From the NCBI GenBank assembly GCA_964521045.1, contig CAZFPR010000002.1, positions 9,314 to 52,720 on the forward strand: DNA of 43,407 nt, given 5' to 3'. This document shows, piece after piece, positions 19,844 to 27,995 of the stretch (position 1 is its first letter; each line of letters starts with the position of its first letter). The position numbers and the translations under genes were made by a program. The DNA comes from an uncultured Hyphomicrobiales bacterium. GTDB taxonomy: Bacteria > Pseudomonadota > Alphaproteobacteria > Rhizobiales > Xanthobacteraceae. The notes under the pieces were generated by a model. That model was not told the DNA's origin. It made no database searches and saw only the letters and a list, made by a program, of their open reading frames with translations.

Positions 19844-19984
19844 GTCGTCCCCGCCAACGGGTCGCGCTTGCGCGCCCGATGACAGGCTCCAGCGGGGACC
19901 CATAGCCCCGGTCTTAGAGATTCTCGAATACAGGGGTTATGGGTCCCGGCTCGCGGCGCGTTCCGCGCCTTGGCCGGGACGACA
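19844..19984. repeat. Second repeat family, copy B (inverted relative to copy A)
   Basis: The first ~60 nt match the reverse complement of copy A apart from a 2-nt indel. The centre has diverged and the distal hairpin stems are conserved. Confidence 0.88.
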
Positions 19985-19987
19985 GGA

Positions 19988-20356
19988 TCAGCGATACGCC
20001 AGCCACACGAAGATGAGCGCGATCACGGCGGGCACCGCCTGCACATAGATAATGCGCGGCGAGACGCTGTAGCCACCGTAAAGCCCGGCGGCGATCACGC
20101 ACAGAAGAAAGAACACCTTGAACTGGAAGCCGACAGCCGCGTTCGCGGCAAAAATTCCGTAGAGCAGGCCGGCTGCGAGGAAGCCGTTATAGAGCCCCTG
20201 GTTCGCGGCGAGCACGGCGGAATCCTGTGCCTTCTCGAGCGTCATTCTGAAGGTGCTGAGACCGAGCGGCTTGGTCCAGAAAAACATTTCCAGCACGAGG
20301 AAATAAGCGTGCAGGGCGGCGACGACGCCGACGAGAATGTTCGAAATCAGTGCCAT
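19988..20356 (-). CDS. DUF1304 family membrane protein
   Basis: ALHAYFLVLEMFFWTKPLGLSTFRMT...VLAANQGLYNGFLAAGL matches DUF1304 as I recall it. Confidence 0.75.
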   Translation of the reverse strand: MALISNILVGVVAALHAYFLVLEMFFWTKPLGLSTFRMTLEKAQDSAVLAANQGLYNGFLAAGLLYGIFAANAAVGFQFKVFFLLCVIAAGLYGGYSVSPRIIYVQAVPAVIALIFVWLAYR

Positions 20357-20433
20357 GGGATTTTGCCCCTAGAGCGGCGGAAAGCCGCTATCGGCGCGGT
20401 GTTAAAGGAGTGAGGGCAGGGCGGCAAGTAAGG

Positions 20434-20521
20434 CCTCATCCTGAGGAGGCGCGAAGCGCCGTCTCGAAGGATGAGACCTCATGGTTCGAGACGCGCCCTT
20501 CGGGCGCTCCTCACCATGAGG
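20434..20521. repeat. REP/BIME-like double hairpin, copy 4 (CC unit then GG unit)
   Basis: It lies between the EBP gene stop (20523) and the DUF1304 start (20356), on the same strand as both. Confidence 0.9.
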
Positions 20522-20522
20522 A

Positions 20523-21953
20523 TCAATCCTGCCCCCAGCTCTGCATCTTCCGGTAGATCGTGGAGGGCGCGATTTCCAAGGCAGCTGCGGCTTTCTGCGC
20601 GTTGCCGTCGAAGGCGGCGAGCGCTTCCTCGATGATGCGCTGCTCCTGCATCCAGTACGGATCGATCGACGGGCTCTCGATCCGCGGCAGCGGGCCGGTG
20701 TCGCGGGCAGCCTCGTGCGTGTTGCCTGCCGGCAGGTCGAGCATGGGACCCGAGACGAGATCGCCGTCATGCAGCACGACGACGCGGCGGATCACGTTTT
20801 GCAGCTGACGCACATTGCCGGGCCAGCTGTAGGAGATCAGTGCGGCTTCCGCATCCGCATCGAAGCCGTTGAAGGCGCGGCCTTCCTCTTCCGCGAAGCG
20901 CGCGAGGAAGGTGCGCGCAAGCAGGAGAATGTCGTTGCCGCGCGCCCGCAGGCTCGGCAGGTGCATCGGCAGCACATGCAGGCGATAATAAAGGTCCTCG
21001 CGGAAACGGCCGAGTGCCACTTCCTCTTTCGGGTCGCGGTTGGTCGCGCAGACGAACCGCACGTTCACCTTCATCTCTTTTGCACCGCCCACGCGGCGGA
21101 ACGAGCCGGTCTGGATGAAGCGCAGGAGCTTCGATTGCAGCGCGAAATCCATCTCGCAGATTTCGTCGAGGAACAGCGTGCCGCCGTTCGCAAGCTCCGC
21201 CGCGCCCGCGCGGTCTTCATGCGCCGAAGTGAAGGCACCCTTCACATGGCCGAAGATTTCGCTTTCCATCAGCTCCTTCGGGATCGCTCCGCAGTTCAGC
21301 GCGATGAACGGACCGGAATGGCAGCGCGAACGGATATGCAGCGCTTCCGCGCAGACTTCCTTGCCGGCGCCGCTTTCGCCCGTGACGAAAACCGGCGCCT
21401 TCGAAGAGGCGATGCGCTCGATCTGTGCGTAGACCTCTTTCATCGCGGCGGACGTACCGATAAATCCTTCGAAGGATTCCGCAGTTTCGGGCGCGGGAAT
21501 CTCGGCAATCGCGACGCGCGAGGATTCGTATTCGCGGATGCGCGCGAGCATGCGGCGCGCGAATTCGTTCGGCTGGAACGGCTTCACCACGAAATCGTTG
21601 ACGCCGGAGCGGATCGCTTCGACGGCGGCGGTCACCGAGCCGGTAGAAGAAGTGGCGACGATCGGCCCGTGGATGCCGGCCTCGCGGAGATGCGCGACCA
21701 TTTCCATGTTCGCGGAGAGCGCGCGGCGGTCGAAAGTGACCACGGCAGCCCCGAAAGTGCTCTTGCGCGCGGCCGCAATGCCGTCCTCGGCCCGTTCGGC
21801 TTCTTCGATTTCCAAAGGAAGCGGCGAAATGCTCGCCAATGCCTTCATCAGAATGCGGCGCGTGGCCGGATCGTGATCTACGATGAGAATGCGGGCGGAT
21901 GCGGACGCAACGCTTACGCTATTGGGCTCTTTCGAGCCGTCTTTCCTTACCAT
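20523..21953 (-). CDS. Sigma54-interacting (NtrC-family) response regulator: REC + AAA+ + Fis-type HTH
   Basis: REC domain (ILIVDHD...TFD...ATSS...VVKPF). Walker A is GESGAGKE and Walker B is GTLFLDEI. The loop reads GAFTSA instead of GAFTGA. FREDLYYRL is present, and the C-terminal HTH is NAQKAAAALEIAPSTIYRKM. Confidence 0.9.
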   Translation of the reverse strand: MVRKDGSKEPNSVSVASASARILIVDHDPATRRILMKALASISPLPLEIEEAERAEDGIAAARKSTFGAAVVTFDRRALSANMEMVAHLREAGIHGPIVATSSTGSVTAAVEAIRSGVNDFVVKPFQPNEFARRMLARIREYESSRVAIAEIPAPETAESFEGFIGTSAAMKEVYAQIERIASSKAPVFVTGESGAGKEVCAEALHIRSRCHSGPFIALNCGAIPKELMESEIFGHVKGAFTSAHEDRAGAAELANGGTLFLDEICEMDFALQSKLLRFIQTGSFRRVGGAKEMKVNVRFVCATNRDPKEEVALGRFREDLYYRLHVLPMHLPSLRARGNDILLLARTFLARFAEEEGRAFNGFDADAEAALISYSWPGNVRQLQNVIRRVVVLHDGDLVSGPMLDLPAGNTHEAARDTGPLPRIESPSIDPYWMQEQRIIEEALAAFDGNAQKAAAALEIAPSTIYRKMQSWGQD

Positions 21954-22070
21954 TACCGGGCGACCCCTCGACGCGGACTGGTTACAGACGCCCCGTTCTG
22001 GAACGCCCTATTGCAGGGGTCAGAATGGCAAAACAGGGTAAACAAACCCTTTTCTTCCAGCGCCTTACCG

Positions 22071-22228
22071 CCTCATGGTTCGAGACGCGGCCATCCAAGT
22101 CGGCCTTGGCCGACTTGGACGTTAGAATGCTGATCTCGGGTAAACCCGAGATCAGTGGCCGCTCCTCACCATGAGGCAATAAAGGCCTCATCCTGAGGAG
22201 GCCGCGAAGCGGCCGTCTCGAAGGATGA
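22071..22228. repeat. REP/BIME-like element, copy 5 (GG unit 22071-22176 carrying a nested ~75-nt palindromic insert, then CC unit 22186-22228)
   Basis: The loop of the GG unit contains GCGGCCA...TGGCCGC, which encloses two perfect hairpins (CCAAGTCGGCC/GGCCGACTTGG and CTGATCTCGGG/CCCGAGATCAG). Confidence 0.85.
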
Positions 22229-22267
22229 ACTGTTCTGCTAAAGTGCCCGCTCAAGGAGCAAGACCCC

Positions 22268-23611
22268 ATGGCCTACGCCTACGACATCGATGCGAAAAAC
22301 GCGCCGAACGACCTCGAAGCCTTCTGGGTTCCCTTCACCGCGAACCGGGCCTTCAAGAAGCGCCCGCGCCTCGTCGTCAGCGCGAAGGACATGCACTACA
22401 CGGCGGCGAACGGTCACAAGGTGCTGGATGCGGCTGCGGGCCTGTGGTGCATCAATCCGGGCCACAACCGCGCGCCGATCGTGGAAGCGATCCGCAAGCA
22501 GGCCGGCGAGATGGATTTTGCGCCGAGCTTCCAGTTTTCGCATCCGCAGGCTTTCACGTTAGCCACGCGCATCGCGGAGTTGGCACCCGGCGATCTCGAT
22601 CACGTCTTTTTCTGTAACTCGGGCTCGGAGGCGGTCGATACCGCGCTGAAAATCGCACTCGCCTATCACAATGTGAGCGGCAACGCCGGACGCACGCGCC
22701 TGATCGGCCGCGAGCGCGGCTATCACGGCGTCGGCTTCGGCGGCATTTCGGTCGGCGGCATGGTCGCGAACCGGAAACAGTTCGGCACCGCGCTTGGCGG
22801 CACCGACCACATGCGTGCGACCTATGACCGCGAAAAACAGGCGTTCTCGAAAGGCGAGCCGGAATATGGCGCTGAGTTCGCAGAGGATCTCGAACGCCTC
22901 GTGGCGCTGCACGATGCATCCACCATCGCCGCCGTTATCGTCGAGCCGATGTCGGGCTCGACCGGCGTGCTGCCGTCGCCGAAAGGCTATCTGAAGCGGC
23001 TCCGCGAAATCTGCGACAAGTACGGCATTTTGCTCATCTTCGACGAAGTGATCACCGGCTACGGCCGTCTCGGTCATGCTTTCGCCGCCGAGCGCTATGG
23101 CGTCGTGCCCGACATGATCACCTTCGCGAAGGGAATTACCGCGGGCTCAGTGCCGATGGGCGGCGTGATCGCGCGCAAGGGAATCTACGACGCCTTCATG
23201 AAAGGCCCCGAGCACGTCATCGAACTGTTCCATGGCTACACATATTCCGCGCATCCGCTCGCGGTGGCTGCCGGGATCGCCACCCTCGATCTCTACAAAC
23301 AGGAAGATCTCTTCAACCGCGCGAAGAAGCTGGAGCCGCTCTGGTACGACACCGCGATGTCGCTCAAAGGCACGCACGGCGTGCTCGACATCCGCTGCGT
23401 GGGCCTGACCTGCGGTATCGACCTCGCGCCGCGCAAGGACACGCCCGACGAGCGCGGCTACGAGTCGCTCGAATACGCCTTCCACGATCTCGGCATGATG
23501 CTGCGGGCCGCAGGCGACACGCTCTGCGTTTCTCCGCCGCTGATCGTCTCCGAAGCCCAGATCGGCGAGATTTTCGACAAGCTCGGCAAGGTGATCAAGG
23601 CGATTCAGTAG
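22268..23611 (+). CDS. Class III PLP aminotransferase (omega-amino acid/beta-alanine--pyruvate transaminase type)
   Basis: AAGGAG Shine-Dalgarno. FFCNSGSEAVDTALKIA, GYHGVGFGG, LIFDEVITGYGRLG and TFAKGITAG (catalytic Lys) are present. Confidence 0.9.
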   Translation: MAYAYDIDAKNAPNDLEAFWVPFTANRAFKKRPRLVVSAKDMHYTAANGHKVLDAAAGLWCINPGHNRAPIVEAIRKQAGEMDFAPSFQFSHPQAFTLATRIAELAPGDLDHVFFCNSGSEAVDTALKIALAYHNVSGNAGRTRLIGRERGYHGVGFGGISVGGMVANRKQFGTALGGTDHMRATYDREKQAFSKGEPEYGAEFAEDLERLVALHDASTIAAVIVEPMSGSTGVLPSPKGYLKRLREICDKYGILLIFDEVITGYGRLGHAFAAERYGVVPDMITFAKGITAGSVPMGGVIARKGIYDAFMKGPEHVIELFHGYTYSAHPLAVAAGIATLDLYKQEDLFNRAKKLEPLWYDTAMSLKGTHGVLDIRCVGLTCGIDLAPRKDTPDERGYESLEYAFHDLGMMLRAAGDTLCVSPPLIVSEAQIGEIFDKLGKVIKAIQ

Positions 23612-23614
23612 GCG

Positions 23615-24208
23615 CTACGCGCGTTTCTTACGCGGCCAAAGATCGGCGATGACCTTGATCGCCGCAGCGATGACGAGCGCGCAAAGTGCGGCCTTCGACA
23701 CCATCTCCATCGCGCCGTCGATGAGCATCGCGTGGACGATGCTGCCTCCGGCGATAACCGCCGCAAGCGACAGATGAATGATGCGCCAGGTGCGCAGCTG
23801 AAGCCTTCGGCGGAAGAGAGCAAGGAGCGCTGTCGCGAAGATCGCCCACATCGCCACCACGCCGAACGGCGAAAACAATGTCGGCGAGCGAAACAGAAGC
23901 GCGTCCAGCATGTCCGGCGGGCTGGTGATCCAGAGCCCGGCGACATGAAGAAGGATAGCAACCACCAGCGCACCGCCGATCCAGTGATGCATGCGCCGCG
24001 CTCGAAAAGCCGAAAGCCCCGGCAGTAGTCCTGCGATCAATAACGGCTGAACGAGCAAGAGGCCCAGCGCAACGATCCCGGCGAAGCCGCCGCCGATATA
24101 GATCGCATCGCGCCATTGAAGATAGGGGCTGCTCGCAGCGAGTGCGATCGGCACGCCGATGGCGGCGGCAAGCATGGCCCAGATCAATGCGGTGCGAGCC
24201 GGCCCCAT
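23615..24208 (-). CDS. Ferric-reductase-like (YedZ/MsrQ-type) transmembrane haem-binding protein
   Basis: 197 aa with about 6 TM segments. His residues lie within TM segments (RRMHHWIGG, LLHVAGLW, IIHLSL, IVHAML), as in di-haem ferric_reduct domains. Confidence 0.65.
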   Translation of the reverse strand: MGPARTALIWAMLAAAIGVPIALAASSPYLQWRDAIYIGGGFAGIVALGLLLVQPLLIAGLLPGLSAFRARRMHHWIGGALVVAILLHVAGLWITSPPDMLDALLFRSPTLFSPFGVVAMWAIFATALLALFRRRLQLRTWRIIHLSLAAVIAGGSIVHAMLIDGAMEMVSKAALCALVIAAAIKVIADLWPRKKRA

Positions 24209-24226
24209 CGCCCGTTCAGCGCGCGG

Positions 24227-24721
24227 TCAGGCCGGCTGCAAAACGAAATGCGCTTCCAGGCTGGTGTCCTTCGCGCTCCGCATCACGGGGCGCAGAAACA
24301 CGGATTTGAACTCGCCGCTGTCATAGGCCACGTGCCCATGCGGCTGGCCGAAGATGGGAATGATCTGCGGCATCTCGAGACGAAACGCGCCGTTCTTGTC
24401 GGTGAGTGTCGCGCCATGACTGCGCGTGTCTTCCTCGCGGCCTTCGACCGTATGCCCCCAGATCTGGATGCGCTGTCCGGCCAAAGGCGCGCCGTCGCCG
24501 GCGCGGCGAACGGTGCCCGACATCACGAAGCCGCCTTTGCCAATCCGCTGAACGATCGGCGCGCCTTTGTGGGCGTGGTAATTGTTGGTCCCGCCCGGCA
24601 TCGATGGCGTCGGCGCCAGACCCTGCGCGCTGGCGGGCAGCAACAGCCCGGAGGCGCCCATCGCCAGAAAGGACCCGCCGGCAGCGAGAAGCTTGCGGCG
24701 GTCGAGGATCAACGCGGTCAT
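24227..24721 (-). CDS. Tat-exported intradiol-dioxygenase-like / carboxypeptidase-regulatory-like beta-sandwich protein
   Basis: ATG 24721 has an AGGA Shine-Dalgarno. The twin-arginine signal is MTALILDRRKLLAAGGSFLAMGASG...ASA|QG. GTVRRAGDGAPLAGQRIQIW...TDKNGAFRLE...PHGHVAY resembles the intradiol dioxygenase core (PHIHF region). Confidence 0.5.
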   Translation of the reverse strand: MTALILDRRKLLAAGGSFLAMGASGLLLPASAQGLAPTPSMPGGTNNYHAHKGAPIVQRIGKGGFVMSGTVRRAGDGAPLAGQRIQIWGHTVEGREEDTRSHGATLTDKNGAFRLEMPQIIPIFGQPHGHVAYDSGEFKSVFLRPVMRSAKDTSLEAHFVLQPA

Positions 24722-24903
24722 ATCGATTCCTGCTTGTCGATTCTGTTCGGGCTCATGCTGTCGCGAGTCCTTTCGGAGCGGCAACGGTCAGACGAGCGAA
24801 ATGTACTGCGATTGCGGCCAATTTCCAGTGTAGAGACGCGCACCGCCGCAGCGGTATTCGTGCAGGTCTGCAAGGTAATTCAGGCGGTCAGGTAGTTTTT
24901 TGC

Positions 24904-25004
24904 CCTCATGGTTCGAGACGCGATGCTTCGCATCGCTCCTCACCATGAGGTTGTAGTCCTCATCCTGAGGAGGCCGGCGTAGCCGGCCGTCTCGAAGGAT
25001 GAGG
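24904..25004. repeat. REP/BIME-like double hairpin, copy 6 (GG unit then CC unit)
   Basis: CCTCATGGTTCGAGACGCG...CTCCTCACCATGAGG is followed by CCTCATCCTGAGGAGG...GTCTCGAAGGATGAGG. Confidence 0.9.
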
Positions 25005-25105
25005 CCCTATTCGCTTCCTTGGGTCACTCCATTCGCCTATGATTCGCAATGGAGATTCGGGGGCATCTCCCCGGATCGGCAGGGGTTGCGGGCTCCTGAG
25101 CTAGC

Positions 25106-26482
25106 ATGTTCGGCAGAGGCTTTTTCTTCATTGCGTTTTGCATGACGCTGATTGCAGCGTCTGCCGGCGCAGTATTGCATTACGCAGCCGGGATCACCGT
25201 GGTCGAGGCCGCCTTTACGGCGCTCGCCCTGCTTTTCGGTCTCATGACGGTGGAGTCGGTTTCTTCGCGCTCGCGCGATCGTCTGGAAGCCGCCGAACGC
25301 TTCGAAGGACTCGCGCGTGTTTCCGCCGATATCGCACGTCAGGTCGGGGAACTCGGCGTCAGGCTCGAGAAGATCGAGGCCGCGCCTTCGCAGGATTTGA
25401 AGTCGCACACCGATCCGATCGCCAAGGAAATCAGCGATCTCGCTGGCCTCGTCGAGGAGCTTGCGAAAACGGTAAGCGAACACGAGAGCCAGCTCGCGCA
25501 GAAGCAGATCTTTGCGGCCGCGCCTGCGGCGAATGCCGCCGTGCCCGCCGCAGGCAAGGTTGCCGCTGCTGCGCCCGCAGCCGCTGCCGCGCAGGCTTCA
25601 GGCCCAGTCAATCCGCTCGGCCAGCTCAAGGACAACGAAGTCGCGGTTCTCATCCGCGATGCGCTGAAGAACGAGCGCATCGACGTCCATCTGCAACCGA
25701 TCGTGACGCTGCCGCAGCGCAAGGTGCGCTTCTATGAAGCCGTGTCGCGGCTGCGGCTGCCGGAAGGCAACCTGATCGAAGCGAAGCACTACATCGATTC
25801 CGCGCGCAGGAGCGGCGCGGTGCTCGCGCTCGACGAAAATCTGGTCAACTCGTCCCTGCAAGTCGTCCGCAAGCTCGCGACCAAGACGAAGGATGTCGGC
25901 ATCTTCTTCAATCTTGCGCCGGAGACGCTGTCGGACCACCCGGCCATGAGCGCAATCATGAAGGCGCTGGACGCCAACAAGGCGATTGCGCCGTCGCTCT
26001 TTATCGAGATCGCGCAGAACGATTTCCGCTCGCCCAGCGCGGTCTACCGCGAGAGCCTCAACCGGTTGCGCGAGCACGGCTTCCGCTTTGCCATCGATCA
26101 CGTCAGCGACCTGCATATCGACCCGCAGGCGATGGCCGAACGCGGCGTACGTTACCTGAAGATTTCCGCCGAATTGCTGCTCGGCCGCGTGCCGCAAACC
26201 GGCGCGCAGGTGCATCCGGCCGATCTCGTGGATCTCCTCGGGCGCTATGGCATCGACCTGATTGCCGAGAAGGTCGAGACCGAAGCGACGGTGGCCGATC
26301 TCCTCGATTACAATCTGGGCTTCGGGCAGGGCACGCTGTTCGCCCCGCCGCGACCGATCCGCTCCGACATCATGAAGGCCGAGATCGCGGAATTCCCTGC
26401 ACCGGAGCAGAAGCCTGCCGGGCCGGCGCCGCGGCAGAACGACATTTCAAAGCTCGCCGCGCGAACCGTTCGCCGCGCTTAA
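25106..26482 (+). CDS. Membrane-anchored coiled-coil EAL-domain protein (TipF-like architecture)
   Basis: Two N-terminal TM segments, a heptad-like region, an Ala-rich linker, then an EAL domain (LQPIV...YEAVSRL, FFNL, FIEI, AIDHV, YLKIS, IAEKVET, GFGQG). Confidence 0.85.
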   Translation: MFGRGFFFIAFCMTLIAASAGAVLHYAAGITVVEAAFTALALLFGLMTVESVSSRSRDRLEAAERFEGLARVSADIARQVGELGVRLEKIEAAPSQDLKSHTDPIAKEISDLAGLVEELAKTVSEHESQLAQKQIFAAAPAANAAVPAAGKVAAAAPAAAAAQASGPVNPLGQLKDNEVAVLIRDALKNERIDVHLQPIVTLPQRKVRFYEAVSRLRLPEGNLIEAKHYIDSARRSGAVLALDENLVNSSLQVVRKLATKTKDVGIFFNLAPETLSDHPAMSAIMKALDANKAIAPSLFIEIAQNDFRSPSAVYRESLNRLREHGFRFAIDHVSDLHIDPQAMAERGVRYLKISAELLLGRVPQTGAQVHPADLVDLLGRYGIDLIAEKVETEATVADLLDYNLGFGQGTLFAPPRPIRSDIMKAEIAEFPAPEQKPAGPAPRQNDISKLAARTVRRA

Positions 26483-26495
26483 AAATTTAGCCGTC

Positions 26496-27410
26496 TTGCG
26501 CCGCACGTCCATTCGTGCGACTCCGCGCGCCGTGAAAAACAAAACTCCCGGTCTCTCTCCCGCAATCCCGCCCGTGCTCGAAGGGTTCGGAACGATTGCA
26601 CCGAACTATAAGCTCCTGCTCAGCGATGTCTGGGGTGTGGTCCATAATGGCGTTGCCGCTTATCCGGCGGCCTGTGCGGCGCTGAAACGGGCCCGCGACG
26701 AGGGTGCGACCGTCGTGCTGATTTCCAACGCGCCGCGTCCGGGCGCGGTCGTCGCGACGCAGATCGCGAAATGGGGCGTGCCTGCGGATTGCTACGACGC
26801 CGTCGTCGCTTCCGGCGATGTGGCGCGGGCGGAACTGGAGCGCCGTCCCGAAGCGCGGCTTTTTCATCTTGGCCCCGAGCGCGATCTTCCGAATTACGAC
26901 GGCCTGCCGAATAAGCTGGTCGGCGAGGACGAATGCGACATCGCCGTCGTGACCGGACCTTTCAACGACGAAGTCGAGGTCGCGGAGGACTACCGCAGCA
27001 GGTTCGAGAAGATGATCAGGCGCGATGTTCTGATGCTCTGCGCGAACCCCGATCTCGTGGTCGAACGCGGCGACAAACTGATCGTCTGCGCCGGCGCGCT
27101 TGCGCAGCTTTACGAGCAGATGGGCGGCAAGGCGATCTATGCCGGCAAGCCTTATGCACCGATCTACGATCGCGTCGTCGCGGTCGCGGAAAAAATGCGC
27201 GGCGAGACGGTAAAAAAGAGCGAGATGCTTGCGATCGGCGACGGCGCCCGTACCGATCTGAAGGGCGCTTCGCTGCAAGGCATCGACTGCCTGTTCATCA
27301 CCGGCGGAATCCACGCCGAGGATTTCACGGAAGAGAAAAACCGGGCGGGCGAAATCTTTGCCGAACAGGCCGCGTGGCCTGTCGGCATGATGCACCGTCT
27401 GAGCTGGTAA
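26496..27410 (+). CDS. HAD-superfamily hydrolase (TIGR01459/CECR5-like subfamily)
   Basis: LLLSDVWGVVHNG (DxWG nucleophile motif), VVLISNAPRP and LAIGDGARTDLKGA. The start is uncertain (TTG 26496, GTG 26532 or GTG 26574; there is no in-frame ATG). Confidence 0.8.
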   Translation: MRRTSIRATPRAVKNKTPGLSPAIPPVLEGFGTIAPNYKLLLSDVWGVVHNGVAAYPAACAALKRARDEGATVVLISNAPRPGAVVATQIAKWGVPADCYDAVVASGDVARAELERRPEARLFHLGPERDLPNYDGLPNKLVGEDECDIAVVTGPFNDEVEVAEDYRSRFEKMIRRDVLMLCANPDLVVERGDKLIVCAGALAQLYEQMGGKAIYAGKPYAPIYDRVVAVAEKMRGETVKKSEMLAIGDGARTDLKGASLQGIDCLFITGGIHAEDFTEEKNRAGEIFAEQAAWPVGMMHRLSW

Positions 27411-27441
27411 TTCGCGCCCCGTATCCGGGACAGCCTGATCC

Positions 27442-27972
27442 CTACTCGCCGCGGAGGCTTGCGAGCAGCCGGTCGATGTCGTTCTGCTTGTTGCCGTCGT
27501 CTGCGAGCGCGGGACCGTTCAGGAGCAGCCGCTCGCGGCGCTTGGCATCATCCGCTTCTTTTTCGCTCGCGTAGCCGGAAGCGTCCTGAACGCCGGTATA
27601 GGTCGCGAAGCGGGAGACGCGCGATTCGATGTTCTCGAGCGTCTTGACGACGCGCGAAATGCGCTGGCCCGTGAGGTCCTGAAACGCACAGGTCTCGAAG
27701 AGGGCCATCATCTCTTTATCGACGAAGTTCTTGTAGGCGACCGGATCGCTGGCGTCGGCGGAGAGTACGTTCTCCGCGATCGCCATGATCTCGTTGGTGG
27801 CGCCTTCGGTCGAAGTCACCACTGCAAGCAAGTCTTCGCCCGCTCCGGGAATCGTCTCGGTGTGGATTTCGTTCGCCTGGAGAACGGCGATCTCGCGCTT
27901 AAGCGTGACGATGTAGTCCGCGATCTTGCGGAGTTCGCTCTCAAGCTCGGCCTTGTCCAATGAAAACGGCAT
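27442..27972 (-). CDS. cheZ: Short CheZ-like CheY-P phosphatase
   Basis: AFQDLTGQRISRV matches the E. coli CheZ active-site segment FQDLTGQVIKR (Asp/Gln). The C-terminal NDIDRLLASLRGE resembles the CheZ CheY-binding peptide DDLLDSLGF. The gene lies 23 nt downstream of cheY. Confidence 0.75.
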   Translation of the reverse strand: MPFSLDKAELESELRKIADYIVTLKREIAVLQANEIHTETIPGAGEDLLAVVTSTEGATNEIMAIAENVLSADASDPVAYKNFVDKEMMALFETCAFQDLTGQRISRVVKTLENIESRVSRFATYTGVQDASGYASEKEADDAKRRERLLLNGPALADDGNKQNDIDRLLASLRGE

Positions 27973-27995
27973 GTTCGAGGCCCGGTCGATGGCGG

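Noticed and set aside
18182-19984. hisS plus flanking inverted repeats as a composite transposon or MITE-bounded mobile unit
   Set aside because: There is no transposase and no target-site duplication that I could see. The cargo is an essential gene in its conserved hisS-hisZ-hisG context. The repeats are better explained as independent insertions of a dispersed repeat family.
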